A model generated the notes under the pieces. The model made no database searches. It was not told the origin of the DNA and saw only the letters and a program-made list of their open reading frames with translations. 64,000 nucleotides of DNA from Balanoglossus misakiensis. Lineage: Eukaryota > Animalia > Hemichordata. The position numbers and the translations under genes are program-made. The stretch lies in assembly GCA_040954595.2 (NCBI GenBank), contig CM082581.2, positions 922,699 to 986,698 of the forward strand. The letters run 5' to 3'. Position 1 is the stretch's first letter; each line of letters begins with the position of its first letter. Of the stretch, positions 24,701-38,700 are shown in pieces.

Positions 24701-27700
24701 ATGATTTTCCCCCATGATTTTTTTCAAAAATCGACGAAATTTTGAGATTTTGCAAAGTCGAAAATTTTGTCATTTTTTGATGATTTTTCAACCATGATTT
24801 TTTTTCAAAAATCGACGAAAATTTGAGATTTTGCAAAGATGAAAGTTTGTCATTTTTGATGATTTTTACCCATAATTTTTTTTCAGAAATGGACGAAATT
24901 TTGAGATTTTGCAAAGACGAAAATTTGTCATTTTTTGATGATTTTCACCCATGATTTTTTTTCAAAAATCGACGAAATTTTGAGATTTTGCAAAGTCGAA
25001 AATGTGTCATTTTTTGATGATTTTCACCGTTTTTTTTTCAAAATTTGTCATTTTTTGATGATTTTTACCCATGATTTTTTTTTCAAAAATGGACGAAATT
25101 TTGAGATTTTGCAAAGTCGAAAATTTGTTATTTTTTGATGATTTTCACCCATGTCTTTTTTTAAAAATCGACGAACTTTTGAGATTTTGCAAAGAGGAAA
25201 ATTTGTCATTTTTTTCATGATTTTCCCCCATGATTTTTTTCAAAAATTGACGAAATTTTGAGATTTTGCAAAGTCGACGAAAATGTGTCATTTTTTGATG
25301 ATTTTCACCCGTTTTTTTTCAAAAATCGACGAAATTTTGAGATTTTGCAAAATCGAAAATTTGTCATTTTTTGATGATTTTCACCCATGATTTTTTTTTA
25401 AAAATCGACGAAATTTTGAGATTTTGCAAAGTCGTAAATGTGTCATTTTTTGATGATTTTCACCCGTTTTTTTTTCAAAAATCGACGAAATTTTGAGATT
25501 TTGCAAAATCGAAAATTTGTCATTTTTTGATGATTTTCACCAGTTTTTTTTTTCAAAATTTGTCATTTTTTCATGATTTTCCCCCATGATTTTTTTCAAA
25601 AATCGACGAAATTTTGAGATTTTGCAAAGTCGAAAATTTGTCATTTTTTGATGATTTTCACCCATGATTTTTTTCAAAAATCGACGAAATTTTGAGATTT
25701 TGCAAAGTCGAAAATTTGTCATTTTTTGATGATTTTCCCCCGTTTTTTTTTTAAAATGGACGAAATTTTGAGATTTTGCAAAGACGAAAATTTGTCATTT
25801 TTTGATGATTTTCACCCATGATTTTTTTCAAAAATCGACGAAATTTTGAGATTTTGCAAAGTCGACGAAAATGTGTCATTTTTTGATGATTTTCACCCGT
25901 TTTTTTTTCAAAATTTGTCATTTTTTGATGATTTTCACCCATGATTTTTTCAAAAATTGACGAAATTTTGAGATTTTGCAAAGTCGAAAATTTGTCATTT
26001 TTTGATGATTTTCACCCATGATTTTTTTCAAAAATCGACGAAATTTTGAGATTTTGCAAAGTCGAAAATTTGTCATTTTTTGATGATTTTCCCCCGTTTT
26101 TTTTTTAAAATGGACGAAATGTTGAGATTTTGCAAAGACGAAAATTTGTCATTTTTTGATGATTTTCACCCATGATTTTTTCAAAAATTGACGAAATTTT
26201 GAGATTTTCCAAAGTCGAAAATTTGTCATTTTTTGATGATTTTCACACATGATTTTTTTCAAAAATCGACGAAATTGTGAGATTTTGCAAAGACGAAAAT
26301 TTGTCATTTTTTGATGAATTTTACCCATGATTTTTTTTCAAAAATGGACGAAATTTTGAGATTTTGCAAAGTCGAAAATTTGTTATTTTTTGATGATTTT
26401 CACCCATGTCTTTTTTTAAAAATCGACGAAATTTTGAGATTTTGCAAAGAGGAAAATTTGTCATTTTTTCATGATTTTCCCCCATGATTTTTTTCAAAAA
26501 TCGACGAAATTTTGAGATTTTGCAAAGTCGACGAAAATTTGTCATTTTTTGATGATTTTCACCCGTTTTTTTTTCAAAATTTGTCATTTTTTGATGATTT
26601 TCACCCATGTTTTTTTTAAAAAAATCGACGAACCTTTGATTTGTTTCAAAATCGACGAAATTTTGTGATTTTACAAAGTCGAAAATTTTGTCATTTTTTG
26701 ATGATTTTCAACCATGATTTTTTTTCAAAAATCGACGAAAATTTGAGATTTTGCAAAGACGAAAATTTGTCATTTTTGATGATTTTTACCCATGATTTTT
26801 TTTCAAAAATGGACGAAATTTTGAGATTTTGCAAAGACGAACATTTGTCATTTTTTGATGATTTTCACCCATGATTTTTTTTCACAAATCGACGAAATTT
26901 TGAGATTTTGCAAAGAGGAAAATTTTGTCATTTTTTCATGATTTTCCCCCATGATTTTTTTAAAAAATCGACGAAATTTTGTGATTTTACAAAGTCGAAA
27001 ATTTTGTCATTTTTTGATGATTTTCAACCATGATTTTTTTTCAAAAATCGACGAAAACTTGAGATTTTGCAAAGACGAAAATTTGTCATTTTTTGATGAT
27101 TTTTACCCATGATTTTTTTTCAAAAATGGACGAAATTTTGAGATTTTGCAAAGTCGAAAATTTGTTATTTTTTGATGATTTTCACCCATGTCTTTTTTTA
27201 AAAATCGACGAACTTTTGAGATTTTGCAAAGAGGAAAATTTGTCATTTTTTTCATGATTTTCCCCCATGATTTTTTTCAAAAATTGACGAAATTTTGAGA
27301 TTTTGCAAAGTCGACGAAAATGTGTCATTTTTTGATGATTTTCACCCGTTTTTTTTCAAAAATCGACGAAATTTTGAGATTTTGCAAAATCGAAAATTTG
27401 TCATTTTTTGATGATTTTCACCCATGATTTTTTTTTAAAAATCGACGAAATTTTGAGATTTTGCAAAGTCGTAAATGTGTCATTTTTTGATGATTTTCAC
27501 CCGGTTTTTTTTCAAAAATCGACGAAATTTTGAGATTTTGCAAAGTCGAAAATTTGTCATTTTTTGATGATTTTCACCCATGATTTTTTCAAAAATTGAC
27601 GAAATGTTGAGATTTTGCAAAGTCGAAAATTTGTCATTTTTTGATAATTTTCACCCATGATTTTTTTCAAAAATGGACGAAATTTTGAGATTTTGCAAAG

Positions 27701-30700
27701 AGGAAAATTTGTCATTTTTTCATGATTTTCCCCCATGATTTTTTTCAAAAATCGACGAAATTTTGAGATTTTGCAAAGTCGAAAATTTTGTCATTTTTTG
27801 ATGATTTTTCAACCATGATTTTTTTTCAAAAATCGACGAAAATTTGAGATTTTGCAAAGATGAAAATTTGTCATTTTTGATGATTTTTACCCATAATTTT
27901 TTTTCAGAAATGGACGAAATTTTGAGATTTTGCAAAGACGAAAATTTGTCATTTTTTGATGATTTTCACCCATGATTTTTTTTCAAAAATCGACGAAATT
28001 TTGAGATTTTGCAAAGTCGAAAATTTGTCATTTTTTGATGATTTTCACCCGTTTTTTTTTCAAAATTTGTCATTTTTTGATGATTTTTACCCATGATTTT
28101 TTTTCAAAAATGGACGAAATTTTGAGATTTTGCAAAGTCGAAAATTTGTTATTTTTTGATGATTTTCACCCATGTCTTTTTTTAAAAATCGACGAACTTT
28201 TGAGATTTTGCAAAGAGGAAAATTTGTCATTTTTTTCATGATTTTCCCCCATGATTTTTTTCAAAAATTGACGAAATTTTGAGATTTTGCAAAGTCGACG
28301 AAAATGTGTCATTTTTTGATGATTTTCACCCATGATTTTTTTTTAAAAATCGACGAAATTTTGAGATTTTGCAAAGTCGTAAATGTGTCATTTTTTGATG
28401 ATTTTCACCCGGTTTTTTTTCAAAAATCGACGAAATTTTGAGATTTTGCAAAGTCGTAAATGTGTCATTTTTTGATGATTTTCACCCGTTTTTTTTTCAA
28501 AAATCGACGAAATTTTGAGATTTTGCAAAGTCGAAAATTTGTCATTTTTTGATGATTTTCACCCATGATTTTTTTTCAAAAATCGACGAAATTTTGAGAT
28601 TTTGCAGAGAGGAAAATTTGTCATTTTTTCATGATTTTCCCCCATGATTTTTTTCAAAAATCGACGAAATTTTGAGATTTTGCAAAGTCGAAAATTTGTC
28701 ATTTTTTGATGATTTTCACCCATGATTTTTTCAAAAATTGACGAAATGTTGAGATTTTGCAAAGTCGAAAATTTGTCATTTTTTGATAATTTTCACCCAT
28801 GATTTTTTTCAAAAATGGACGAAATTTTGAGATTTTGCAAAGAGGAAAATTTGTCATTTTTTCATGATTTTCCCCCATGATTTTTTTCAAAAATCGACGA
28901 AATTTTGAGATTTTGCAAAGTCGAAAATTTTGTCATTTTTTGATGATTTTTCAACCATGATTTTTTTTCAAAAATCGACGAAAATTTGAGATTTTGCAAA
29001 GATGAAAATTTGTCATTTTTGATGATTTTTACCCATAATTTTTTTTCAGAAATGGACGAAATTTTGAGATTTTGCAAAGACGAAAATTTGTCATTTTTTG
29101 ATGATTTTCACCCATGATTTTTTTTCAAAAATCGACGAAATTTTGAGATTTTGCAAAGTCGAAAATGTGTCATTTTTTGATGATTTTCACCCGTTTTTTT
29201 TTCAAAATTTGTCATTTTTTGATGATTTTTACCCATGATTTTTTTTCAAAAATGGACGAAATTTTGAGATTTTGCAAAGTCGAAAATTTGTTATTTTTTG
29301 ATGATTTTCACCCATGTCTTTTTTTAAAAATCGACGAACTTTTGAGATTTTGCAAAGAGGAAAATTTGTCATTTTTTTCATGATTTTCCCCCATGATTTT
29401 TTTCAAAAATTGACGAAATTTTGAGATTTTGCAAAGTCGACGAAAATGTGTCATTTTTTGATGATTTTCACCCGTTTTTTTTTCAAAAATCGACGAAATT
29501 TTGAGATTTTGCAAAATAGAAAATTTGTCATTTTTTGATGATTTTCACCCATGATTTTTTTTAAAAATCGACGAAATTTTGAGATTTTGCAAAGTCGTAA
29601 ATGTGTCATTTTTTGATGATTTTCACCCGGTTTTTTTTCAAAAATCGACGAAATTTTGAGATTTTGCAAAGTCGTAAATGTGTCATTTTTTGATGATTTT
29701 CACCCGTTTTTTTTTCAAAATTTGTCATTTTTTGATGATTTTCACCCATGATTTTCTTCAATAATCGACGAAATTTTGAGATTTTGCAAAGTCGAAAATT
29801 TGTCATTTTTTGATGATTTTCACCTATGATTTTTTTCAAAAATCAACAAAATTTTGAGATTTTGCAAAGTCGAAAATTTGTCATTTTTGATGATTTTTAC
29901 CCATGATTTTTTTTCAAAAATGGACGAAATTTTGAGATTTTGCAGACGAAAATTTGTCATTTTTTGATGATTTTCACCCATGATTTTTTTTCAAAAATCG
30001 ACGAAATTTTTAGATTTTGCAAAGTCGAACATTTGTCATTTTTTGATGATTTTTACCCATGTTTTTATTTAAAAAAATCGACGAACCCATGATTTTTTTC
30101 AAAACCGACGAAATTTTGAGATTTTGCAAAGTCGAAAATTTGTCATTTTTTCATGATTTTCCCCCATGATTTTTTTCAAAAATCGACGAAATTTTGAGAT
30201 TTTGCAAAGTCGACGAAAATGTGTCATTTTTTGATGATTTTCACCCGTTTTTTTTTCAAAATTTGTCATTTTTTGATGATTTTCACCCATGTTTTTTTTA
30301 AAAAAATCGACGAACCTATGATTTGTTTCAAAATCGACGAAATTTTGTGATTTTACAAAGTCGAAAATTTTGTCATTTTTTGATGATTTTCAACCATGAT
30401 TTTTTTCAAAAATCGACGAAAATTTGAGATTTTGCAAAGACGAAAATTTGTCATTTTTGATGATTTTTACCCATGATTTTTTTTCAAAAATGGACGAAAT
30501 TTTGAGATTTTGCAAAGACGAAAATTTGTCATTTTTTGATGATTTTCACCCATGATTTTTTTTCAAAAAACGACGAAATTTTGAGATTTTGCAGAGGAAA
30601 ATGTGTCATTTTTTGATGATTTTCACCCGTTTTTTTTTTCCAAATTTGTCATTTTTTGATGATTTTCACCCATGTTTTTTTTTTAAAAATCGACGAACCT

Positions 30701-33700
30701 ATGATTTTTTTCAAAATCGACGAAATTTTGTGATTTTACAAAGTCGAAAATTTGTCATTTTTTGATGATTTTCACCCATGATTTTTTTTCAAAAATCGAC
30801 GAAATTTTGAGATTTTGCAGAGAGGAAAATTTGTCATTTTTTCATGATTTTCCCCCATGATTTTTTTCAAAAATCGACGAAATTTTGAGATTTTGCAAAG
30901 TCGAAAATTTGTCATTTTTTGATGATTTTCACCCATGATTTTTTCAAAAATTGACGAAATGTTGAGATTTTGCAAAGTCGAAAATTTGTCATTTTTTGAT
31001 GATTTTCACCCATGATTTTTTTCAAAAATGGACGAAATTTTGAGATTTTGCAAAGTCGAAAATTTTGTCATTTTTTGATGATTTTCAACCATGATTTTTT
31101 TTCAAAAATCGACGAAAAGTTGAGATTTTGCAAAGATGAAAATTTGTCATTTTTGATGATTTTTACCCATAATTTTTGTTCAGAAATGGACGAAATTTTG
31201 AGATTTTGCAAAGTCGAAAATGTGTCATTTTTTGATGATTTTCACCCGTTTTTTTTTCAAAATTTGTCATTTTTTGATGATTTTTACCCATGATTTTTTT
31301 TCAAAAATGGACGAAATTTTGAGATTTTGCAAAGTCGAAAATTTGTTATTTTTTGATGATTTTCACCCATGTCTTTTTTTAAAAATCGACGAACTTTTGA
31401 GATTTTGCAAAGAGGAAAATTTGTCATTTTTTTCATGATTTTCCCCCATGATTTTTTTCAAAAATTGACGAAATTTTGAGATTTTGCAAAGTCGACGAAA
31501 ATGTGTCATTTTTTGATGATTTTCACCCGTTTTTTTTCAAAAATCGACGAAATTTTGAGATTTTGCAAAATCGAAAATTTGTCATTTTTTGATGATTTTC
31601 ACCCATGATTTTTTTTTAAAAATCGACGAAATTTTGAGATTTTGCAAAGTCGTAAATGTGTCATTTTTTGATGATTTTCACCCGGTTTTTTTTCAAAAAT
31701 CGACGAAATTTTGAGATTTTGCAAAGTCGAAAATTTTGTCATTTTTTGATGATTTTCAACCATGATTTTTTTTCAAAAATCGACGAAAAGTTGAGATTTT
31801 GCAAAGATGAAAATTTGTCATTTTTGATGATTTTTACCCATAATTTTTGTTCAGAAATGGACGAAATTTTGAGATTTTGCAAAGTCGAAAATGTGTCATT
31901 TTTTGATGATTTTCACCCGTTTTTTTTTCAAAATTTGTCATTTTTTGATGATTTTTACCCATGATTTTTTTTCAAAAATGGACGAAATTTTGAGATTTTG
32001 CAAAGTCGAAAATTTGTTATTTTTTGATGATTTTCACCCATGTCTTTTTTTAAAAATCGACGAACTTTTGAGATTTTGCAAAGAGGAAAATTTGTCATTT
32101 TTTTCATGATTTTCCCCCATGATTTTTTTCAAAAATTGACGAAATTTTGAGATTTTGCAAAGTCGACGAAAATGTGTCATTTTTTGATGATTTTCACCCG
32201 TTTTTTTTCAAAAATCGACGAAATTTTGAGATTTTGCAAAATCGAAAATTTGTCATTTTTTGATGATTTTCACCCATGATTTTTTTTTAAAAATCGACGA
32301 AATTTTGAGATTTTGCAAAGTCGTAAATGTGTCATTTTTTGATGATTTTCACCCGGTTTTTTTTCAAAAATCGACGAAATTTTGAGATTTTGCAAAGTCG
32401 TAAATGTGTCATTTTTTGATGATTTTCACCCGTTTTTTTTTCAAAATTTGTCATTTTTTGATGATTTTCACCCATGATTTTCTTCAATAATCGACGAAAT
32501 TTTGAGATTTTGCAAAGTCGAAAATTTGTCATTTTTTGATGATTTTCACCTATGATTTTTTTCAAAAATCAACAAAATTTTGAGATTTTGCAAAGTCGAA
32601 AATTTGTCATTTTTGATGATTTTTACCCATGATTTTTTTTCAAAAATGGACGAAATTTTGAGATTTTGCAAAGACGAAAATTTGTCATTTTTTGATGATT
32701 TTCACCCATGATTTTTTTTCAAAAATCGACGAAATTTTTAGATTTTGCAAAGTCGAACATTTGTCATTTTTTGATGATTTTTACCCATGTTTTTATTTAA
32801 AAAAATCGACGAACCCATGATTTTTTTCAAAACCGACGAAATTTTGAGATTTTGCAAAGTCGAAAATTTGTCATTTTTTCATGATTTTCCCCCATGATTT
32901 TTTTCAAAAATCGACGAAATTTTGAGATTTTGCAAAGACGAAAATTTGTCATTTTTTGATGATTTTCACCCATGATTTTTTTTCAAAAAACGACGAAATT
33001 TTGAGATTTTGCAGAGGAAAATGTGTCATTTTTTGATGATTTTCACCCGTTTTTTTTTTCCAAATTTGTCATTTTTTGATGATTTTCACCCATGTTTTTT
33101 TTTTAAAAATCGACGAACCTATGATTTTTTTCAAAATCGACGAAATTTTGTGATTTTACAAAGTCGAAAATTTTGTCATTTTTTGATGATTTTCAACCAT
33201 GATTTTTTTTCAAAAATCGACGAAAATTTGAGATTTTGCAAAGTCGTAAATGTGTCATTTTTTGATGATTTTCACCCGTTTTTTTTTCAAAATTTGTCAT
33301 TTTTTGATGATTTTCACCCATGATTTTCTTCAATAATCGACGAAATTTTGAGATTTTGCAAAGTCGAAAATTTGTCATTTTTTGATGATTTTCACCTATG
33401 ATTTTTTTCAAAAATCAACAAAATTTTGAGATTTTGCAAAGTCGAAAATTTGTCATTTTTGATGATTTTTACCCATGATTTTTTTTCAAAAATGGACGAA
33501 ATTTTGAGATTTTGCAAAGACGAAAATTTGTCATTTTTTGATGATTTTCACCCATGATTTTTTTTCAAAAATCGACGAAATTTTTAGATTTTGCAAAGTC
33601 GAACATTTGTCATTTTTTGATGATTTTTACCCATGTTTTTATTTAAAAAAATCGACGAACCCATGATTTTTTTCAAAACCGACGAAATTTTGAGATTTTG

Positions 33701-35393
33701 CAAAGTCGAAAATTTGTCATTTTTTCATGATTTTCCCCCATGATTTTTTTCAAAAATCGACGAAATTTTGAGATTTTGCAAAGACGAAAATTTGTCATTT
33801 TTTGATGATTTTCACCCATGATTTTTTTTCAAAAAACGACGAAATTTTGAGATTTTGCAGAGGAAAATGTGTCATTTTTTGATGATTTTCACCCGTTTTT
33901 TTTTTCCAAATTTGTCATTTTTTGATGATTTTCACCCATGTTTTTTTTTTAAAAATCGACGAACCTATGATTTTTTTCAAAATCGACGAAATTTTGTGAT
34001 TTTACAAAGTCGAAAATTTTGTCATTTTTTGATGATTTTCAACCATGATTTTTTTTCAAAAATCGACGAAAATTTGAGATTTTGCAAAGACGAAAATTTG
34101 TCATTTTTGATGATTTTTACCCATGATTTTTTTTCAAAAATGGACGAAATTTTGAGATTTTGCAAAGACGAAAATTTGTCATTTTTTGATGATTTTCACC
34201 CATGATTTTTTTTCAAAAATCGACGAAATTTTGAGATTTTGCAGAGAGGAAAATTTGTCATTTTTTCATGATTTTCCCCCATGATTTTTTTCAAAAATCG
34301 ACGAAATTTTGAGATTTTGCAAAGTCGAAAATTTGTCATTTTTTGATGATTTTCACCCATGATTTTTTCAAAAATTGACGAAATGTTGAGATTTTGCAAA
34401 GTCGAAAATTTGTCATTTTTTGATGATTTTCACCCATGATTTTTTTCAAAAATCGACGAAATTTTGAGATTTTGCAAAGTCGAAAATTTTGTCATTTTTT
34501 GATGATTTTCAACCATGATTTTTTTTCAAAAATCGACGAAAAGTTGAGATTTTGCAAAGATGAAAATTTGTCATTTTTGATGATTTTTACCCATAATTTT
34601 TGTTCAGAAATGGACGAAATTTTGAGATTTTGCAAAGTCGAAAATGTGTCATTTTTTGATGATTTTCACCCATGATTTTTTTTCAAAAATCGACGAAATT
34701 CTGAGATTTTGCAAAGTCGAAAATGTGTCATTTTTTGATGATTTTCACCCGTTTTTTTTTCAAAATTTGTCATTTTTTGATGATTTTTACCCATGATTTT
34801 TTTTCAAAAATGGACGAAATTTTGAGATTTTGCAAAGTCGAAAATTTGTTATTTTTTGATGATTTTCACCCATGTCTTTTTTTAAAAATCGACGAAATTT
34901 TGAGATTTTGCAAAGAGGAAAATTTGTCATTTTTTTCATGATTTTCCCCCATGATTTTTTTCAAAAACCGACGAAATTTTGAGATTTTGCAAAGTCGAAA
35001 ATTTGTCATTTTTTGATGATTTTCACCCATGATTTTCTTCAAAAATCGACGAAATTTTGAGATTTTGCAAAGTCGAAAATTTGTCATTTTTTGATGATTT
35101 TCACCTATGATTTTTTTCAAAAATCAACAAAATTTTGAGATTTTGCAAAGTCGAAAATTTGTCATTTTTTGATGATTTTCACCCATGATTTTTTTCAAAA
35201 ATCGACGAAATTTTGAGATTTTGCAAAGTCGAAAATTTGTCATTTTTTGATGATTTTCACCCATGATTTTTTTCAAAAATCGACGAAATTTTGAGATTTT
35301 GCAAAGTCGAAAATTTCTCATTTTTTGATGCATTTTCACCCATGATTTTTTTTCAAAAATCGACGAAATTTTGAGATTTTGCAAAGTCGAAAA
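9768..35393. repeat. Satellite DNA array, ~78-79-bp monomer, 25.6 kb (roughly 330 monomers by division)
   Basis: Consensus GTCATTTTTTGATGATTTTCACCCATGATTTTTTTCAAAAATCGACGAAATTTTGAGATTTTGCAAAGTCGAAAATTT; period 78 measured at 35161/35239. Head-to-tail, single orientation, no foreign insertion seen. Confidence 0.98.
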
Positions 35394-36894
35394 CAAGCAT
35401 CGTCCGATTCGAATTCGACTCGTCATCGGTAGCTTTGTTTATTTCGCCCTTGGAGACCTCCCCTGGCCTCGTTAGGATGACTGTTACCAGGACTACCTTA
35501 AACCAATCTTTTCGAACCGGACGGTACACACGTCATGTCTTTGTTAATTGTCCAGGTACCAGATTGTACGTGTGGGCTCCCTAAACCACTCATTGGCGGC
35601 CGGTCCCTGTCCGAATAAACACGTTTGACAGACAAAAAATGATGAACAAGTGGCTTATTTCAATACTTCGTTAACTAGACGGCTGAACTCTGAATGTTGA
35701 TTCAGCAAAAAAAATGTGTTTACGGCAAGGTTTCGATCAATACGACACATTTACCATTGAAAACGCCCAAAGTAAGTGGGGGCGTTTGACCATCAATCAA
35801 AACCACGCCCAGGTGCATGTGAACGGCCGAAGCAGTGTAACGTTTCACATTCCGTGCAACGTCCGACACTGTGTGAAAGCGGTTGCTGTCGGGTGGCTTG
35901 ACCTAATTTTCGTACATTGATATGCATTTGACACCTCACTACCTGTTTTCTCAATATTGCTAAAACTTTGCGTTGAAATATCACTGAAATGTTGATGATC
36001 CACGCACAAGTCGTCTACCCCGGCATGAAAAGCGTCTTATACAAGAAAACTAATTGCACATGACCACCAAGGTCATACCGCAAGGTGTGTCTAAATGTCA
36101 AGGAAGGACACTTGGGTCAAGAACGACCATGACGGAGGAAAAACCGACAAGTCATTGTGTAACCTGTTTACTTGCCAATAGTCAAACGTCAAAATTTACT
36201 CTCAACTTGGTTGCAGATCGAGTCTCCCGAATTTCCAACTTTTATGATTGGGTAAATACCGATATGCGACTGGTATGCGACGCGTTGACGACGCGAAGAT
36301 TTTGTTGAAATCAAATGGTTTGTCAAATGTCATCTCACACTGGAGATACCGTGGTCATCTGACATGAAAGGGTTCGATTGGGTCTGACCGCCGTCGTTCA
36401 TCCATGCTTAGAAAGCGGCGATCATGGTACAAAGTAAAACCAAGGTCAAACCTTACTGAACACATGTATTGCATGGAGAAACTTTTCTCCCTGTCTGTGT
36501 ACTGAACACGTACCGTGATTGCCATAGTTACAAACGTTACCACGTGAGAGAGATTGCATTTTACATCTGTCTTTTCAATTTTGTTGCTTTCTTACTATTC
36601 GGAATGATGGAGTCGAAACGAAAACTTTTTGCTTCAGGTGGACCTAGGGGAAATACCTTATTTGTGACTTTTTTCATGACCCTAAAAAGACGTCGGAATT
36701 AATGTGGCTGAGGTCACTCAGGACGACGGAATGGTTGAGCGATTTTATTTTATGAGCTCCCACTAGTATTTGTTTTATTGTTTCGGCAGTGTGTCGCGTT
36801 ATTCGAGCAATCTGCAGTCTGAAAACGAACGGTTTTCAAAGTTTATAACAGAAGAACAGGGGTTTAAGCATGAAAGGTCCTGTTGTCTCCCTCG

Positions 36895-37120
36895 CTGTGT
36901 TTGTGTCACTGTGTCTTTGACGTCTGACTGACTGATTAACTGGCTGACTGACTTACTGACTGTCTGTCAACGTCGGTCTGTCTGACTGTCTGCCCCCTCT
37001 CTCTGAGAGAGAGAGTGAGCGAGCGAGCGAGCGAGCGACCGGTGAGTGTCTCTACTGATGAATGTTGCTCTGTCTGTCTGCTTGTGTCTGTCTGCCACTC
37101 TGCCTGTTTCACTCTGTCTC
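36895..37120. repeat. Compound degenerate microsatellite (CTGA/CTGT/GA/GAGC)
   Basis: Runs such as ctgactgactga, ctgtctgtc, gagagagaga and (gagc)n. Confidence 0.75.
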
Positions 37121-37902
37121 TCCTAATTTCTTTAAAATTAGGGATATGCTATTAATGCGATATGAAAGTCAGACACGACGGAAACCTTTTATTCTCAAAA
37201 CTGTCTGTTGTTTGCTGTTAAATATTGCAAAAGGTTAAGGGCCCTTTTCGCACGAGACACATGGCTTTGCAGCCGTAGCTCCCAATGTCATAACGATTAC
37301 CCGAACTACCCTAATTTTAGCCCGCCGACCCAAAACAGTTTAGATCTTCGCAAACCGGAAGTAAAAATAACGATGTCAAATATAAAACAATTCATGAAAA
37401 TTGCGAGAATCACGCAAGAACTATGATGTCATTCTTCTACACTACGACGGCCAAAGATATAAAAAAATTGAAAAATAAAAAAATGTCCCTTTCTACCTAC
37501 AATATTTTTGAAAACCATGTAATCGGAATAGCACATATTAGTTTTTTTGGCCAGAGACATATCCAATTTCCCAACTGAACATGACACGTGATCAAGCATT
37601 TTCGACTTATCAGATGCAATCGCTGAACACCTCACACTGAGCGAGGTTTTGTCTGTCTTTATACGCGCCCTTTGTATTTGTGCGTGACATGTCCAAGCCT
37701 TGTTAGGAACTCCCGTAAAATTCTACTCAAATGATGTATACTTTCATACTTACGACTGACAGGTATTTTCAGCGTTGCCAGCTGATTGTTTGTCAGGTAC
37801 CGCTTTATAACAAGACGCCCCTCTGAGTTGATAACCTGCAATGTAACATCATTCAATTGGTCTAGTCATGTTAGCATTAGTAAAATGCTTCAAAAGTGTT
37901 AA

Positions 37903-38193
37903 AGGGACATGATACAAGACACCGTTTATGTTAGTGAATGAACGTTCAACCACACACAACTTCCATCCGGCTTGTATGATACGAGAGTAAAAACACGCCC
38001 GAAATGAATAAATGGTAGAGACCGTTTATTCATTTTGGCTACTTTTTAAAACTCTCGTGTCTATACAAGCGGGGTGGAAGGTGTGTATGGTTGAACGTTG
38101 GTTCACTATATCCATATGTAGAATAATATAAACGCAGTCTTGTATCAAACATAATTAATGGAAAAAGGGCAGCGAGAGAGAGACTTTGTCCCT
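37903..38193. mobile_element. Palindromic MITE, TTAA target, AGGGAC...GTCCCT termini (Kolobok-like), copy 1
   Basis: TTAA at 37899 and 38194; homologous to 53998-54344 with a deletion in the left arm. Confidence 0.8.
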
Positions 38194-38484
38194 TTAATGA
38201 ATACAGCCACAATGTTCTGTTTATATCTACTGACGGACCAGGCATGGATTGTCACGTATAATTCTTTGAAACGTTTGGTCCTCTGAAGAAATCTGAGCAC
38301 TCATCTACTCAGTTTGCTTATTTTGTCTTCCTCCACCAGTCAGTGGTATCGTCCGATTTGATACTCCACTCTAAGCCTCTTTCTGAATGGCTCTTTAAGT
38401 TGTGATCTGTAAGTCTTAAACCTTTCATCATCCCCCCCCCCCCGTTTCCTCTTTAGAGGTCGTCAACTGGTAAACTGTGCGCCT

Positions 38485-38700
38485 GTGTCTCTTCCCATAG
38501 GAGTACATGGAGAATAGTTAGAAAACTCACTTCTACTATTGTCATTTTCATGAAATTTTACACATAGCTCCGACAAATCAAAATAAATTCATCACGCTCT
38601 ATTTTGAGATAAACTTTGTTCAATATTGTATCCATAGACAAACCATTGGTAGAAAATGCTGACCGTTAGCAGTTTTCTTCAATTGTCGACTAAATTCACG
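38485..38700 (+). repeat. Dispersed repeat fragment; related copies at ~47548-47770 (+) and ~48197-48400 (-)
   Basis: Shared blocks cttcccatagga, ttctactattgt, ttttgagataaa, catagacaaaccattggt/aaaatgctga. Confidence 0.65.

Noticed and set aside
9768-35393. Dozens of 60-137-aa ORFs (FSKIDEILRFCK / MGENHQKMTNF) on both strands
   Set aside because: Translations of the satellite monomer; frames shift with homopolymer length.
9768-35393. CRISPR-like regular repeat
   Set aside because: No unique spacers, head-to-tail monomers, no cas genes, eukaryotic context.
35400-36900. Short ORFs and CpG-richer sequence right of the satellite
   Set aside because: No domain motifs, splice pattern or termini that I can support.
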